DNA of 63,522 bases, counting the filler, from Octopus bimaculoides (Eukaryota): assembly GCF_001194135.2 (NCBI RefSeq). It is 5 parts of 4 records of this genome, joined end to end, with 100 filler letters (N's around TTAATTAATTAA, not from the genome) between each part and the next. Parts side by side here need not be neighbours in the genome. Positions count along the whole stretch, not along the records: positions 11,911 to 28,518 come from NC_068984.1; 4 more parts are not named here. One strand, given 5' to 3'. This document shows, one piece after another, positions 12,315-25,670 of this stretch (positions are counted from its first letter, which is position 1; each line of letters opens with the position of its first letter). The notes beneath the pieces were generated by a model. That model was not told the origin of the DNA. It searched no databases and saw only the letters and a program-made list of their open reading frames with translations. The position numbers and the translations under genes are program-made.

Positions 12315-14472
12315 GTATGTATATACATATTGATATAGCAAATACAATGATGCATATATATATACATCACACAGAAGTATACATTAATATGTATGTTCAT
12401 AGAAAACTTTATACTCTATATACATTGAAATTTAATCATTTACTACATAATTGCAATATTTTACATTTTAGCAATATTATATTGGACATATTGCAAGATA
12501 TAGACTTTGTTATAAGTGTTTTGATTTTGAAATCATATTTTATTTCAGCAAAACCTGTCTTCATAATCAACACTATATTGTTTATATCTTCTTTAGATAT
12601 TAATATTAATTTTCTAAGTGTATTTGGAATAGATATATCAAAATGCTGGTAATATTAATTCATACTGCATTATTTTGTATCTTAAATAATTGCCTCTATC
12701 ATATTTATCTGATTGATTTCTTAAAAGTGTCTGGTATACACAAGAAATACTGCATAATTCATTATCTATATTTTGGGAATTAATGACAAGTACACAATAG
12801 CAATCACAATGACAATAGTAATGGGAAATAATTTTGCTTCAGTCAGGTAAATAAAGAAAAGAACAGAAAATAAAAATGAAATAACAAGTAAAGCTAGGAT
12901 GAAGGTATTAAACCACTGTAAACATAGACAAATAAATTCAAAGATTAGCTGTATAATTGAACAAATAAAAGTAGTAAACATGGACAGTCTCAATTCTTAA
13001 AATACAAAAGCTTTTTGTATAAGAAACATGTCAATAATTAAACAATTAGAATGTAAAAATATTTGTTAATGCAAAGGTAATTGAATATTATTTTGGCATA
13101 CATAGTCAGGATATTATGATTATAATTTACTGACCATTTTAATCTGATAATATATTCATTTCTTGACAGATAATTGTACAAATTTATTTTCACTAGAAGT
13201 ATCTTGAAAAGGTGCTTTATCTTTCTTTTACAAATCATGTTGACTGAAAGTTTCCAGTTAAATGACTTCAATTCTTACACCATAAATTTAGATATGCTTT
13301 GTGGCTTTTTAAAACTTTTCTCATTCATTCTTCTTGCCACTAATAGCTTAGTTTAACTAGCATACTCCTGTGTGCATAAACTGAAACTTTTCCGTTTCCT
13401 TCTGCATTCAACATTTTTCACACATAACCCTAACTTCTTTAAAGCCACATACATTACCTATGAACAAACTCTTAGAAAACAGCTTGTGGTGGAGATGTAA
13501 ATTCTCCACAAAATCTCTTTGAAAACAGTTCTCATATGGGTCAGGAGCTTAACTTTAAAATTAACATCTGAACCAATTTAGACACTAATAGTTCCTTGTT
13601 AAACAAAAATTATGGTTAAGTAATGTACTCATAGAAAGTTACAAGAATTATATATTAACATGAATTCTAATCACATCAACAAATGCAGAATATTACTGTA
13701 GCAGGAGAATACCCTAAATATCTTGTGTCTAAATTTTCTAGTACAAAGCATTCGTCTAACAATATTCCAAGAATGACTAAAGCATTAACTCACAAAACAA
13801 AAGAACCAGAAAAAAGAATTTATCTTGTTTAACTGATCAGTTAAAATTAATCTAACATTCAATACAATCTCACAAAAGTACTCTAGTAATTGACATACAT
13901 CACAATCTAAAAACGATAGGGAAGAATGCTATATGGAATCATAAAGAACACTTTCAATAACAGATAGATATGGCAAATCAACTCCTAGTGAAAAACAAGC
14001 AGAAATGTTACATCACTGTTCCAATATATCTGGAACTTGAAAGAGAACAGAATTTATAAGGCATTAATAAGCTATATTGTGAGTATGTGTATGTATGTGT
14101 ATATACATATATATTTTTTTATATATACACAGACACAGGCACAGATGCATTCACTCAAACATACACACGCACAAACACAAATGTACACATTAATCCATAT
14201 ACACACATAGTGTGTGTGTGAGTATACAGAAAGACATACAGAGAAGAATTTGATGGTGTGTAAGTAAAATTGACATTCACTCACAAACTCAGTCACACAT
14301 GTACACACAGACACAGCAATGCAATGGAAACACCACCCAAAAGAAGTTGTAAGCATAGTAGCATGATAAAAATCTCAGCTGGTCAAACAAAGCAAGAGTA
14401 AATATGCTTATACACACTCATGTGTTTATGTTTATATACTTGCTCTTACACAAATACATTATATACATTTGT

Positions 14473-14508
<36 letters not shown>

Positions 14509-16111
14509 GTGTATCTGTAATATATAAAATAGATATGTACATGTGTGTACATTAGTTATTCATAAATATATATGTATTTATATATCACATATACAAAATT
14601 GCTGTGATAGCTTAACTGGAATGAATTATAAAATTTTAATGCTAATTTTGCTGCTATTTTCAACATATTCTAAAATGACATTAAAGGAAACTGAAGCTTT
14701 AGGAATGAGGTATGGCAGGATATGTATGGTGTTTTCAAAAATCACTGGAGCAGATATATAGGTGTGTTTGAGGGTTTTGACCATGTCCCAAGAAATAAAA
14801 GACTATGCTATTAGTTTTCTACTTTGTAAGTAATGCTCTCTTCATAGGTTAGTGCTCAGGTAAAAGAGATATGAAGAGCTAGAAATGTGTTAATTAGAAG
14901 GAGTTTGTGACAGAAAATAGATGAGAATATTGTAGATACTTGTGGGGAATACAAGATATGGATTAGTTTTCTTAAAGGACAATTTATAGCAAATTGACAA
15001 GTTTCATTTAACCAAACAGTTATACAAAGAGAATGGTTAGAAAACATCTATAAGAGATAAATGATATACTTAAAAAATATAGAACAAAGTGAAATGTAGA
15101 CAATAACTGGAATGCGATATGTATGGATTGCCAAGCTCAGCAAAAAACAATAACTAAAGTTCACATAGCTAGATCCAACAGACATGCCCTACTGTACCGA
15201 TTAATATGGCAAAGGCAAGTAAAAAAAACTGAGAACATAAAATAGTCAATTTCAAATTCTTCATGTATACTGAGTGAAAAAGTGCTATGAGGTGATGATG
15301 GAAACTATATCTGTACCAAACAAAACTTGAGAGAAATTAGGAGTAACATGAGAACTGAACCTCTCAAATGACATTAAACATGAATGAAGTACATGTGATA
15401 TGTCAAACTTAAATTTTCAAAACCGACAAAAGCTACATCATTCAATTTGTATTTCAAAAAATTCTACTTTTGGAAATTTCCTACTCTCTACCACTATCAT
15501 CTAAACACACACAATATCCTTCTTGTCTTTCCTTGTCTCATTTATAACACCTGCCCCCACCCACCCAGAACTTATGCTAAATCCTATTTTTTCCACCCAA
15601 ATGTGCAGCTCCTAAGAAGTCATTCCCTATTAATGTTTGTTTCTTGAACCACAAAATCATACAATTTCAAGGTCACCAATCATATAAACTGCACTAAAGC
15701 TTAGAAAGGTTGCAAGAATTATTTTCCTTCTTTGAAATAATAAACATTACTGATATGAATATTAATATTTTTATATTTCATATATTAATAAAAAAAAACA
15801 ATGTTTATTTTTTAGACAAATTCTAAAAAGCATTTTAACGATATAGTAATAATATAAAACAAAATCAAAGTGCTGAAACAAAATAAAAAATTAATATTAT
15901 TAATAGTAATATTAAATTCATTAACTAATCCTCCAGTTTCATGCCATGTACACACAGCAAAAATGTAGAAGTAACTGAAACTACCAGCAACATATTTTCA
16001 TAGAAGTAGATGAATAAATCTAAACTTTTCAAACTATCTATAGGTTAATAACTTGAATTGAGACAGTCCAGATTAAATGGTAAGTAATTTATCTACAAAA
16101 AGACTACCTAC

Positions 16112-16272
16112 CTCACGAGATTCTCTGGTTACCTCTACAAGATGCCATTTGTTGTCATCAAATCGTTGATTTGGGGGATTGATATTTGCATCATACTTTC
16201 CAGATCCGAGGTTTACTGATAGGTCCACACCCCCACCAATGAGGGCCACATTAAAATATTCCCCAAGGTCAC
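16112..16272 (-). CDS. Nrx1: Neurexin-1-like gene, internal coding exon encoding the central part of LNS2, ending at the splice-site-2-equivalent position
   Basis: Minus strand: acceptor tttcttttcattttatag and donor GAG|gtaggt, 161 nt, phase 1 to phase 0. Translation (G)DLGEYFNVALIGGGVDLSVNLGSGKYDANINPPNQRFDDNKWHLVEVTRESRE aligns with vertebrate [54 protein letters not shown] (recalled). Intervening intron 16273-20341 is GT..AG. Confidence 0.94.
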
Positions 16273-16341
16273 CTATAAAATGAAAAGAAAACAGAACATC
16301 AATATATAAAGCATAATATTAGTAATAATACTAATATTATG

Positions 16342-16373
<32 letters not shown>

Positions 16374-16399
16374 CATAATATTAGTACAATTACTATAAC

Positions 16400-17134
16400 A
16401 CAGCACTGGCTGTTCACACACGTGTCATAAAGTCTACCTTTTACTCTGAGTGAGAGGCCCTTTGTCACCAGCAGAAGTAGGAGCTCTCTGAACTTTACCC
16501 AGGCTATTCTTATTCTAGCAGCTACACTCTCAGAGCATCTACCCCCACTACTGACTTGGTAACCTAGGTAACAGAAGCTATCAAATACTTCTAGTTTTCC
16601 CCCCTGGCATGTGACGGAAGCTGTTTTCTGCACATTTTCAGTGTTTATTACCCTTGAGTATTTGCCACACACAAAAACAATCTTCCTAGTTAGCCTTCCT
16701 TTGATATTGCTGCACCTCTTAAGTGTCCATAGCTTACATTGGGTACATCTTTTGGAGTTTCTACCTACGCCTTTTCTACAGATCGAGCAGGGCCATCTAC
16801 CTGAAGGGATTTGTGATTTGGTTTTTACTAGATTGATGCTAAGGCCCTTTGAGTCTAGACTTTGCTTTCACACCTGAAACTTCTCCTCTAGTTCTGATAG
16901 TGACTCAGCTATTAGAGCAAGGTCATCAGCATAGAGAAGCTTCCAGGGGTATCCTGTCTTGAATTCCTCTGTTATTACCTGGAGGACTATGATGAATAAG
17001 AAAGAGCTGAGGACTGATCCTTGGTGGACCCCTACCTCTACCCAGAAATCTTCACTATACTCGTTGCCAACCCTCACTTTACTGACAGCATCCCTGTACA
17101 TGGCTTGTACAGCCCTCACTAACCACTCATCTAT
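16400..17134 (-). mobile_element. RTE-clade LINE, degenerate reverse transcriptase fragment in the neurexin intron
   Basis: WLVRAVQAMYRDAVSKVRVGNEYSEDFWVEVGVHQGSVLSSFLFII...LLYADDLALIAES (RT motifs QG.VLSP.LF and YADD), then the WPCSICRKGVG..S..C..C..W zinc-knuckle-like insert and F.YLG...RIRIAW.KFREL. Frameshifted. Confidence 0.92.
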
Positions 17135-17742
17135 CTTTAAAATCTATGTAACAGACAAGCATTCTAATCTTAGTTTATTACAAATCCTTATTAAAATAAG
17201 AATATATAAGATACCAAATTCTTAAAATAAGTAAATGGAAAGACAGCAAGCAAAGAAACAAGATAATCTAAAACAACAAGACTGATGAATATTTTTTTAT
17301 GAGCAATTATCCCTTTCTTGTTGATTAATGTGCAAGTATGTATATAAAAGGAAAGCAAATGCAAGAAAGATAAGACAGGTACAGCAGTAAAACAAAGGAT
17401 ACACTGATCTCTTACAAATATCTACATTATGTAGCAAACAGTTTTCATTCATTATGATGTGTATTAGATTTTCCTTTTCATCACTTCTATCTTTTTTGTG
17501 TGTTTCCTCTCTCCTGCACACTGTTCCTAGAAGAGTTCAACTGATTTTATTGATTTTCTTTCTCAAACAAGTTAAATGGTTCTCTGTCTAATATAATTAA
17601 TTCAATCATTACAGAATAGCTGTTGCCTGCTACTGAAATGGAAGTAATTTAAAACTGGCAGATTTTTAATTAAAATTATAATATGGGCTTATTTATACAC
17701 ACACATTCATAGATGCAAAGATGCCCATGTAGTAATGGAGAA

Positions 17743-17803
<61 letters not shown>

Positions 17804-17847
17804 GTAAGATATATNNNNNNNNNNGTGTGTGTGTGTGTGTGTGTATG

Positions 17848-17882
<35 letters not shown>

Positions 17883-18126
17883 ATATTCTGGAAGGAGCTT
17901 CGCGAGACCACTGCAGGGATGTTTCCGGAAAAATAAATTTCAGTAAGCGTTGGAAAACCGATTATAGCAGTGACTCGATCAACTCCTTGCGAAATCTGAA
18001 GAAGGAATTTTTGTATTCCGAAATATTATTATTATATCAGACTATGGATAACTAAATTATAACAGTTATTATAGTCCACTCTGCATTGTTGTGCCATTCA
18101 AGACACGTTATATTTTACACACACAC

Positions 18127-18157
<31 letters not shown>

Positions 18158-18654
18158 CACACATATATTTACACATATATATACATATATATATGTGAAG
18201 ATAGATAGATAAATAAATAGACAGAAACAGACATAACAGGGTTGCTGTATTACAAAGCCCTAAATATTTTGTTTCATATGTAACATGTTGGTAAATAATT
18301 TGCTAATTCTCTTCAGGATTCCCCTTTACTTCAATTAAACTTCAAAGTGTCATTTTTTTTTCTACAGGTATATGAAAATATTATGACCCAAAGTAGTCAT
18401 CCACCCGGTAAAAATACATATATATGCATGCATATATATGCACTAACAGACTCATATACATGCACATGTACACACATACATGCACACACATACATGCACA
18501 CATACATGCACACACATACATGCACACATACATGCACATACATACATGCACAGATAGACACACAGAATCACATGTACGTTTGTACTATATATGCTTGCGT
18601 GTGTGTGTGCATGTGTATAAAGCTTAGCTGTATCTGGCAAGTGAACTAATTTGT

Positions 18655-19362
18655 CATCTCATCCAAAAGATATAACGTTCTGAGGTTGTCCTTCAGTACT
18701 TTATCCCATGTCCTCCTAGGTCTCCCACTTCTATGAGTTTCATCCACTTTGGGTGAATGACACTTTTTTATGGAGCTGTCAGCATCCATTCACATCACAT
18801 GACCAAACCAGTGCAATCTTCTCTCTTGCACAGTGCATCTAATTCCTCTTACGCCTAACTTCTCTCTCAATACACTAACTCTCTGTCGCACATGTACAAT
18901 TACATTACACATCCAGCAGAGCATACTAGCCTCACTTCTCTCTAGCCTTGACATACCCTCTGCATTCAGGGCTCATCTCTTACTATCATGTAAAATTGTT
19001 GTTCATATGCACACATCATACAATCTTCCTTTTACTCAGAGAGAAAAACCTTTGGTTGCTGACAGAGGTAAAAGCTCTCTGAATTTTGTCCATCCTATTC
19101 TTATTTTAGCTATTACACTCTCTGTACAACCTCCCTCACTAGGCAGGACAAATTATCACTACCTCTAAAGAGCCTCTAGAGCATTTGAGAATATCAATTT
19201 CCTAAGTATCTGTAGTTTTTATGGCTCATCTGCATCTTCCACATACAAACACTACTTTTTCTAATAACTTTCTTATTATTCCATTTCAACTCCATAGCTT
19301 ACGCTGGATACACTGGATGAAATTCCTACCTACACCTCTCTTACAAATCGAGCAAGGCCACC
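18655..19362 (-). mobile_element. Second RTE-clade LINE copy (3' region), degenerate
   Basis: Minus strand encodes ..KIRIGWTKFRELL..KGFSL.VKGRLYD...RLERSEASMLCWMCN...REKLGVRGIRCTVQERRLHWFGHV and ..GRPRRTWDKVLKDNLR.., typical of the RTE C-terminus. Overlaps 16400-16500 in sequence. Confidence 0.85.
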
Positions 19363-20125
19363 CAATGCTATGATAAAAATAATGGGATTCCTAAAACCAT
19401 GAGAGCTACTTTTATTAATGAATAATCAAGGTCATGGTTAAATGCCTAAATATCTGAGATGAATTACTGTCGATATGATTATCATTTTTTAAAATTATTA
19501 ACTTCATCAATAGAGATGCACAGATTGTGTATTTGCATTTACATTTTGGTTGGTTTGATTTCAGAGTCATCAGGTGATTTCTTCTGGAATATCATGCACA
19601 GTACTCAACTGGATTTAAACTAGGAAATTATATTTCTAAATGAAGAATAGTAGCACTCTTATCCACGACACCACCTATACATTAGTTTAGAAATAGAAGT
19701 TCTAATGAATAAGAGACCAGGTGATGATTGAAGATCAAGTCATTTGAAACATAGAGTACATGTAAGTATTGAAGAAAAAGAGCTTCATCTTTGAAAAGTA
19801 AAAATTTTAATTGCATGGATATAATAAAAGTAAAATATTTAATCACTCGCAGATGGTTTTCTACTCACCTAAAGGCATTAAATGCTGGTTTTGTTAATAG
19901 AATTAACCTAAAGGCATTAGATTCTGGTTTTAGACAAAGAAATTTGTACAATTGAATAGTTCAACTAGTTTAATAAGATGAATCAATGACCATGTGTATG
20001 TGCATGTGTGTGTTTATGTGTGTGTGTACATACACATTTTTAATTATTACAGTGAATTAAAATCCTCACTACATTGTCATAGAATGTAACAAGGTTGACT
20101 TCTACCTTAAAAACAAACATTACAA

Positions 20126-20229
<104 letters not shown>

Positions 20230-20341
20230 TCTAATGTACACCAACAATTTAAGTTTGTTTTGAAATTTGCAAGTAGATTATGATTCTGTTATTAAACATG
20301 TAATACATGAGTTAGTCATAATGGAAATGGTGTTTATATAC

Positions 20342-20488
20342 CTGTATAGAATAACAGTCCATCGGCATGTCTGGTTTTGAAGTACATTGTCAGCTTGTCT
20401 TTACTGCTAACAAAAGAGTCACCTCTGCCTGAAAGATCGTATGTCAAGTACTCAACTCCAGTGAAAGTAGCTTCCACAATAGGCTTTT
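20342..20488 (-). CDS. Nrx1: Neurexin-1-like gene, internal coding exon encoding the N-terminal part of LNS (laminin-G) domain 2
   Basis: Minus strand: acceptor ttttacttccag and donor ACAG|gtatat, 147 nt, phase 1 to phase 1. Translation (E)KPIVEATFTGVEYLTYDLSGRGDSFVSSKDKLTMYFKTRHADGLLFYT(G) matches the neurexin LNS2 pattern ATFxGxEYxxYDLS...FKTxxxxGLxxxTG (vertebrate [42 protein letters not shown], recalled). Splices in frame to the 16112-16272 exon. Confidence 0.93.
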
Positions 20489-20849
20489 CTGGAAGTAAAA
20501 ATTGAAAAATAATAGTTTAGCATACATTCTAGATAGTTAAAAACAGAGTGTAACTTTAAATTTTATTTATATAATTTTCATGTTAAAAGTCAGCATTTTA
20601 GTTTATCATAAGAAGCAGATAATATGTAAATTATACTCCACATTAAGAGCATTTTAATTGAATTACATTCCAATGTTAACATTTAACATCCATTCGATGA
20701 CAATTTTCATCAATTGAAAATGTCAGTCTTTGCATTTGAGATCATCATTGTGTTTACTTTATCTGTATTTGTACCTCATTCAGTATCACGTTTATTCTGA
20801 AATCACTATAGTGGACAAAATGGCAAGTAATATTAGTTGTCTCTTTCCT

Positions 20850-21480
20850 GTTTTGAGTTGAAATCTGACCTGTACTGATTTTGCCTTTCATTCTTCAAGA
20901 GTTGATGAATTAAGCATCAGTGAAATACTACAGTCTATATAAACAGCTACATTCCTTCCCAAAATTTTGTGATCTTGTGCCCATTTGTGATCTTGTGTCT
21001 TCTACTATAGCCTCAGGCCGACCAGAGCCTTGTGAGTGGATTTGGTAGACGGAAACTGAAAGAAGCCCATCGTATATATGTATATATATATANNNNNNNN
21101 NNNNNNNNNNNNNNNNNNNNNNNNNNNNNNNNNNNNNNNNNNNNNNNNNNNNNNNNNNNNNNNNNNNNNNNNNNNNNNNNNNNNNNNNNNNNNNNNNNNN
21201 NNNNNNNNNNNNNNNNNATATATAAATATATATAAATATATATGTGTGTGTGTGTGTGTGTGTGTATGTTTGTGTGTCTGTGTTTGTCCCCCCAGCATTG
21301 CTTGACAACCGATAGTGGTGTGTTTATATCCCTGTAACTTAGCGGTTTGGCAAAAGAGACCGATAGAATAAGTACTAGGATTACAAAGAATAAGTACTGG
21401 AATCGATTTGGTCGACTAAAGGCGGTGCTCCAGCATGGTTACAATCAAATGACTGAAACAAGTAAAAGAGTAAAGAGTAA
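20850..21480 (+). mobile_element. SINE family B remnant (20850-20995) fused to a head-truncated family A SINE (20995-21480) with internal TA/TG repeat and gap
   Basis: gtgtcttctactatagcctcaggccgaccagagccttgtgagtggatttggtagacggaaactgaaagaagcc...gactgaaacaagtaaaagagtaaagag. Confidence 0.8.
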
Positions 21481-22915
21481 TTACCCTGATTAATATTGAA
21501 TTTATATTTCTTATCAGTAGTGTGTAGGTCACTTTTAGCTGTCCCTTCAGCCTTTCTAAATGGGTCCTGTTGCTTCCATTTAAGATGACTTTTCCTCATA
21601 TCTATTTTATTTATTTTCTTTCTTCACAATATTACTCTTCTTATATTTTTTAGCAGACTGGTATGCCACAATCACATTGTCTCTTTAGCAGCTTGATTTT
21701 TAGCATGAACAGTGCCACAATTCAGAGCATATAGAAAACTTTCCAATTATTAATGATTTAAAATTTTGGTCCTGACAGTCAAGCTACCCTGCTAGAATTT
21801 ACAGCAGCAAATAGCATGTGATAAAAGCCAGCAATGATTAATTTAATTACTTTTATAATGATTAAAAAAATGCATCTTTGTTTATTAGTTTAATTCCTGT
21901 AATTACCCCCTAATAAATACATGAAGAGCTAATATTTAAATATGTCAACTGACATAAGTTCACTCGGAGTTTCAGCTGACCTCAAACTGATGTTATCATT
22001 AAATGCTAGGATTAGCACTTACTAAGTGATGAAAATTTGTATTTTACTTATTAAATTCTAATGCTAGAATAAGATATAATTGAAATATTCTTGAAAGTGT
22101 TAAGCACAGTTCATTGTATTATATTATTTATTCTCTTATTGATTTTTTCAGTGGTAAGCTAATGGAATTTGGTTTTAAGTTATTCAATCAATATGCTTTT
22201 TAGAATTGTCTGTTAACCCAATAAAAAGAAATGCAGGTGTGATAAATGCCTAACTCAAAATCCAATATGTACTATTTTGATTTAAAAAGTTGATCAGTTA
22301 ATTTCAGAATTCTGATTGTGACATAAAAATCAATATTCTCTTTCATACCATACTTTGAAATTTCTTTATAAATAATATTTTATTTTTATTATATTTATTT
22401 ACTTACTTTACTTCTAAAGTTACTTGAATAATATAGCTTGAAGAGCTTTTAAAAAATTTATTATTTTCAATTTTAAATTTATGCATTGCTATAACATAAG
22501 GAGAAATATTGGACTTTACTTGTAGGATGGTGCTGGCAATAAAGCATAATGAATTTTAGGTTTTCAAAATTTCTTTCATGTTAGGGTTCATTGAATATAG
22601 ATGAAATTCAGTATATATTTCATTTAAATTAAAGGACTTAAAAATTGATTTATTGTATATAATTACTAAATGACTTAATTTTCAAGTACTTAAGCTAACT
22701 TCTTGGAACTTATATTTGTTAATATTTCAACAATCTTTTTTTCCAGTCACCTTTTAATATAATTACTTTTACCGCAACTCTCGGTTGCACTCAAAACCCT
22801 TCTCTCTGGGAGCATTTACACAGTTTATGGGCACCATTGCTTCAAATTAGAATATAATGAAACGCATTGTTTGCTTAAAAGCATACAACATAAGAAATAA
22901 TATCTTACTTATGTG

Positions 22916-23128
22916 TAAAGTGACCAGCTGACAGAATTGTTAGCATACCAGGCAAAAATGTCTAGCATTTTCTCTGTCTTCATGCCTTGAGTTTGAATTC
23001 TGAAGAGATTGACTTTGTCTTTCGTTCTTTCAGAGTTGATAAAATAAGTACCAGTTAGGTGCTGGGTTCGACGTAAACAACTTACCCACTTCCCCAAAAC
23101 TGCTCGTCTTATATCAAAATTTGAAACC
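22916..23128 (+). mobile_element. SINE family B with probable target-site duplication
   Basis: Flanked by aatatcttacttatgt (~22899) and aatattttacttatgt (~23129). Body contains the gataaaataagtaccag core. Confidence 0.75.
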
Positions 23129-23688
23129 AATATTTTACTTATGTATACAGTAAATTATGTTTAATCATTTAAAATTTTTTCCAAAATATAGAGAACATCT
23201 GAGAGATAACACCCTATTACACCATATATCTCAGAGGGAAAAGGGAGAGTTGAAAAAGTTGTTGTTGAGGGAGAAATACAGTGAGAGCAAGAGAGGGAGT
23301 GTGTGTGTCAAAAATAGACAATAACTAACAAGTTTTGATTAAAACCACAAACTTTAAGTGCAAGTCTTTCAACATAATGCAACACAGACTTTTAAAAAAT
23401 AACTAAATGTATGTATGTATATATATATATATNNNNNNNNNNNNNNNNNNNNNNNNNNNNNNNNNNNNNNNNNNNNNNNNNNATATATAATACATATAGT
23501 TATTTTTGGGTTGTTTGTTTGTGTATATGTGTGTGTGAGAGAGTGTTTCTTTGTCTTTCAACAAATAGACAATGCAACAGACTTTAAAAAAAGACTTTCA
23601 TGATGATGACAGGTTGTTGTTGTTGATGTCAAGAGAGAGAGAGAGAAATAGAAGAAAAAGTTGTCTTTATTTAAAGAGAAATACAGTA

Positions 23689-23725
<37 letters not shown>

Positions 23726-24329
23726 GGGGAGAGAGAAAGGAAAGAGGGAGAGAGAGAATTAAAATTTGTTTAAAAACAGGTTATTGTTGAGCATGTCAAT
23801 GTGAAGGGTCTATTTCATCTTGACTAGGTCATTACCAGGCAGCATAGCAACAGATTACAACTAGTTTCTATAATAATTGTGTTAACAACTCAGACTCAGT
23901 TTTCATTAGTGACAATAGACTTCATTCCTATACTAAATAAATTTACAAATTTGCTAAAACAATCATACCCATTCTAGCAGAGATAATTAGATGCTAAATG
24001 ACATAAATATGAAACAAGAAAATTAACAGAAACAAAACAATTATAACAATGCTATATTTTCTTTCACATAAATTTGTTTTTTTATACATTTTGTATTTCT
24101 TTATTTCTATTATTATTATTTATGTAATCTTTAAAATCTTTTTAGTTAAGCTGAAAAACAGTGTCAGTGTTTCATTACAGGGTTTCTGGAAAGGACAGGG
24201 AAACAAGGTGGGAGGAAAGAAGATTTCCTCAAACTAGAAACCTGGCCTAAATGAATGCAACAAAGTGAACTTCACTAAAGGCACCTAAGGTATCAGGTGG
24301 TGGTTTTAAACTGAGTGACAGGTTAACTC

Positions 24330-24765
24330 ATGATGGGATTTGAACTCAGAATACAAAAAGCCAAAACAGATTCTGCATGGCATCTAGTCCAATGTTCTCA
24401 CAGTCCTGTTAATCCATCATTTTCAAATTGGTCCTGAAAAGATGAAAGGCAAAGATGAACTTGCCAGGATTTGAACTCAAAATGCAAAGAGATGGAACAA
24501 ATACTGCAAAGCAGTATAAATAACAAAATTAGAGTTATTCAAAAGATCAATATATTTTTTTGGACATATTTCAAAATTATTATTGTAGATATTAGAACCA
24601 TTAGCACGCCAGATAAAATGTTTCGTGGCATTTTGTCTGTCTTAACATTCTGAGCTCAAATTTTGCTGAGGTTGACTTTGCCTTTCATCTTTTTAGGGTT
24701 GATAAAATAAGTACCAGTCAATGAAACTGACTTCTTCCTCCCTGTGTCAACATTTGAAATTATAA
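24330..24765. mobile_element. Cluster of family B SINEs: minus-strand remnants (24330-24520) and a plus-strand copy (24590-24765), all CpG-decayed
   Basis: gatgaaaggcaaag...atttgaactca (minus) and ctcaaattttgctgaggttgactttgcctttcatc (plus). Confidence 0.75.
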
Positions 24766-24959
24766 TAGTAAATAATAGAGAAACCTTTTGTCAAAGTGTT
24801 GGCAGAAATAAATAGAAATCATCTCTCAATGCTATAAAAACAGGTTTTAGTCTGTGAAGATATCAACTGCTAATTATAGTTAAAATTGCAATTAAGACAA
24901 TTAAATGATGGGAAGACGTGGTTTAATCTCTTATATACATGAGACATTAGGTGTGAAGA

Positions 24960-25240
24960 TATGTGACCTTGTGGTTAGGGTGTTCAACTCATGATCATAA
25001 GCTCATGGGTTCAATTCCTGGATTAGGTGGTGTTTTGTGTTCCCTTAACATTGATAGTCTACTCAGCTGTAATAAGTACCAGCCTAGTGCTGATGCAGCC
25101 CCCTCTCCCTTCAGCTGCCACATACTGGATGTTATGCAGGGTCAAGGGCAACACAGTTGAGAAGGTACCTAGTCTACTCATGATTACAAAGGCATCTAAA
25201 GCAATTTGTGAAAGCATGGAACAGGTTACTAAGCTGTATA
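24960..25240 (+). mobile_element. tRNA-derived SINE family D, degenerate
   Basis: gtggttagggtgttcaactcatgatcataagctcatgggttcaattcctgg head with A- and B-box-like motifs. Confidence 0.55.
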
Positions 25241-25264
25241 TATGCTGGTGAGTGATGGCTGGTT

Positions 25265-25670
25265 ATACATTATATATCTTGCTATCTTTTATTCCTTTCA
25301 GTCATTAGACTGTGGATGTGCTGGGGTACTGCCTTGGAGAGTTTAGTCCAACAAATTGTGCCTGTACGTTTTTCTTAAGTCTGGAACTTATTCTATTGGT
25401 CTCTCTTTTGCTGAACTGCTAAATTACGAGGACATTAACAAACTGAGACTGCTTGTCAGTCAGTGGTAGGAACAAATACAAACACAAAAACACACACAGA
25501 CACATGCACACACATACAACAGACTTATTTCAGTTTGTCAACTAAATTTTCTAACAAGGCTTTGATCAACTTGGGGCTATAGTAGAAGCCACTCGTTTAA
25601 GGTGCCATGCAGTGGGATTGACTCCAGAACCATGTAGTTGAGAAGCAAACTTCTTACCACACAGTTATGC
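25265..25670 (-). mobile_element. SINE family A, full-length but heavily decayed
   Basis: Colinear reverse-complement similarity to 43443-43845. Confidence 0.75.

Noticed and set aside
12766-12993. Hydrophobic ORF resembling a membrane protein
   Set aside because: Hydrophobicity follows from T-rich codons in AT-rich intronic DNA.
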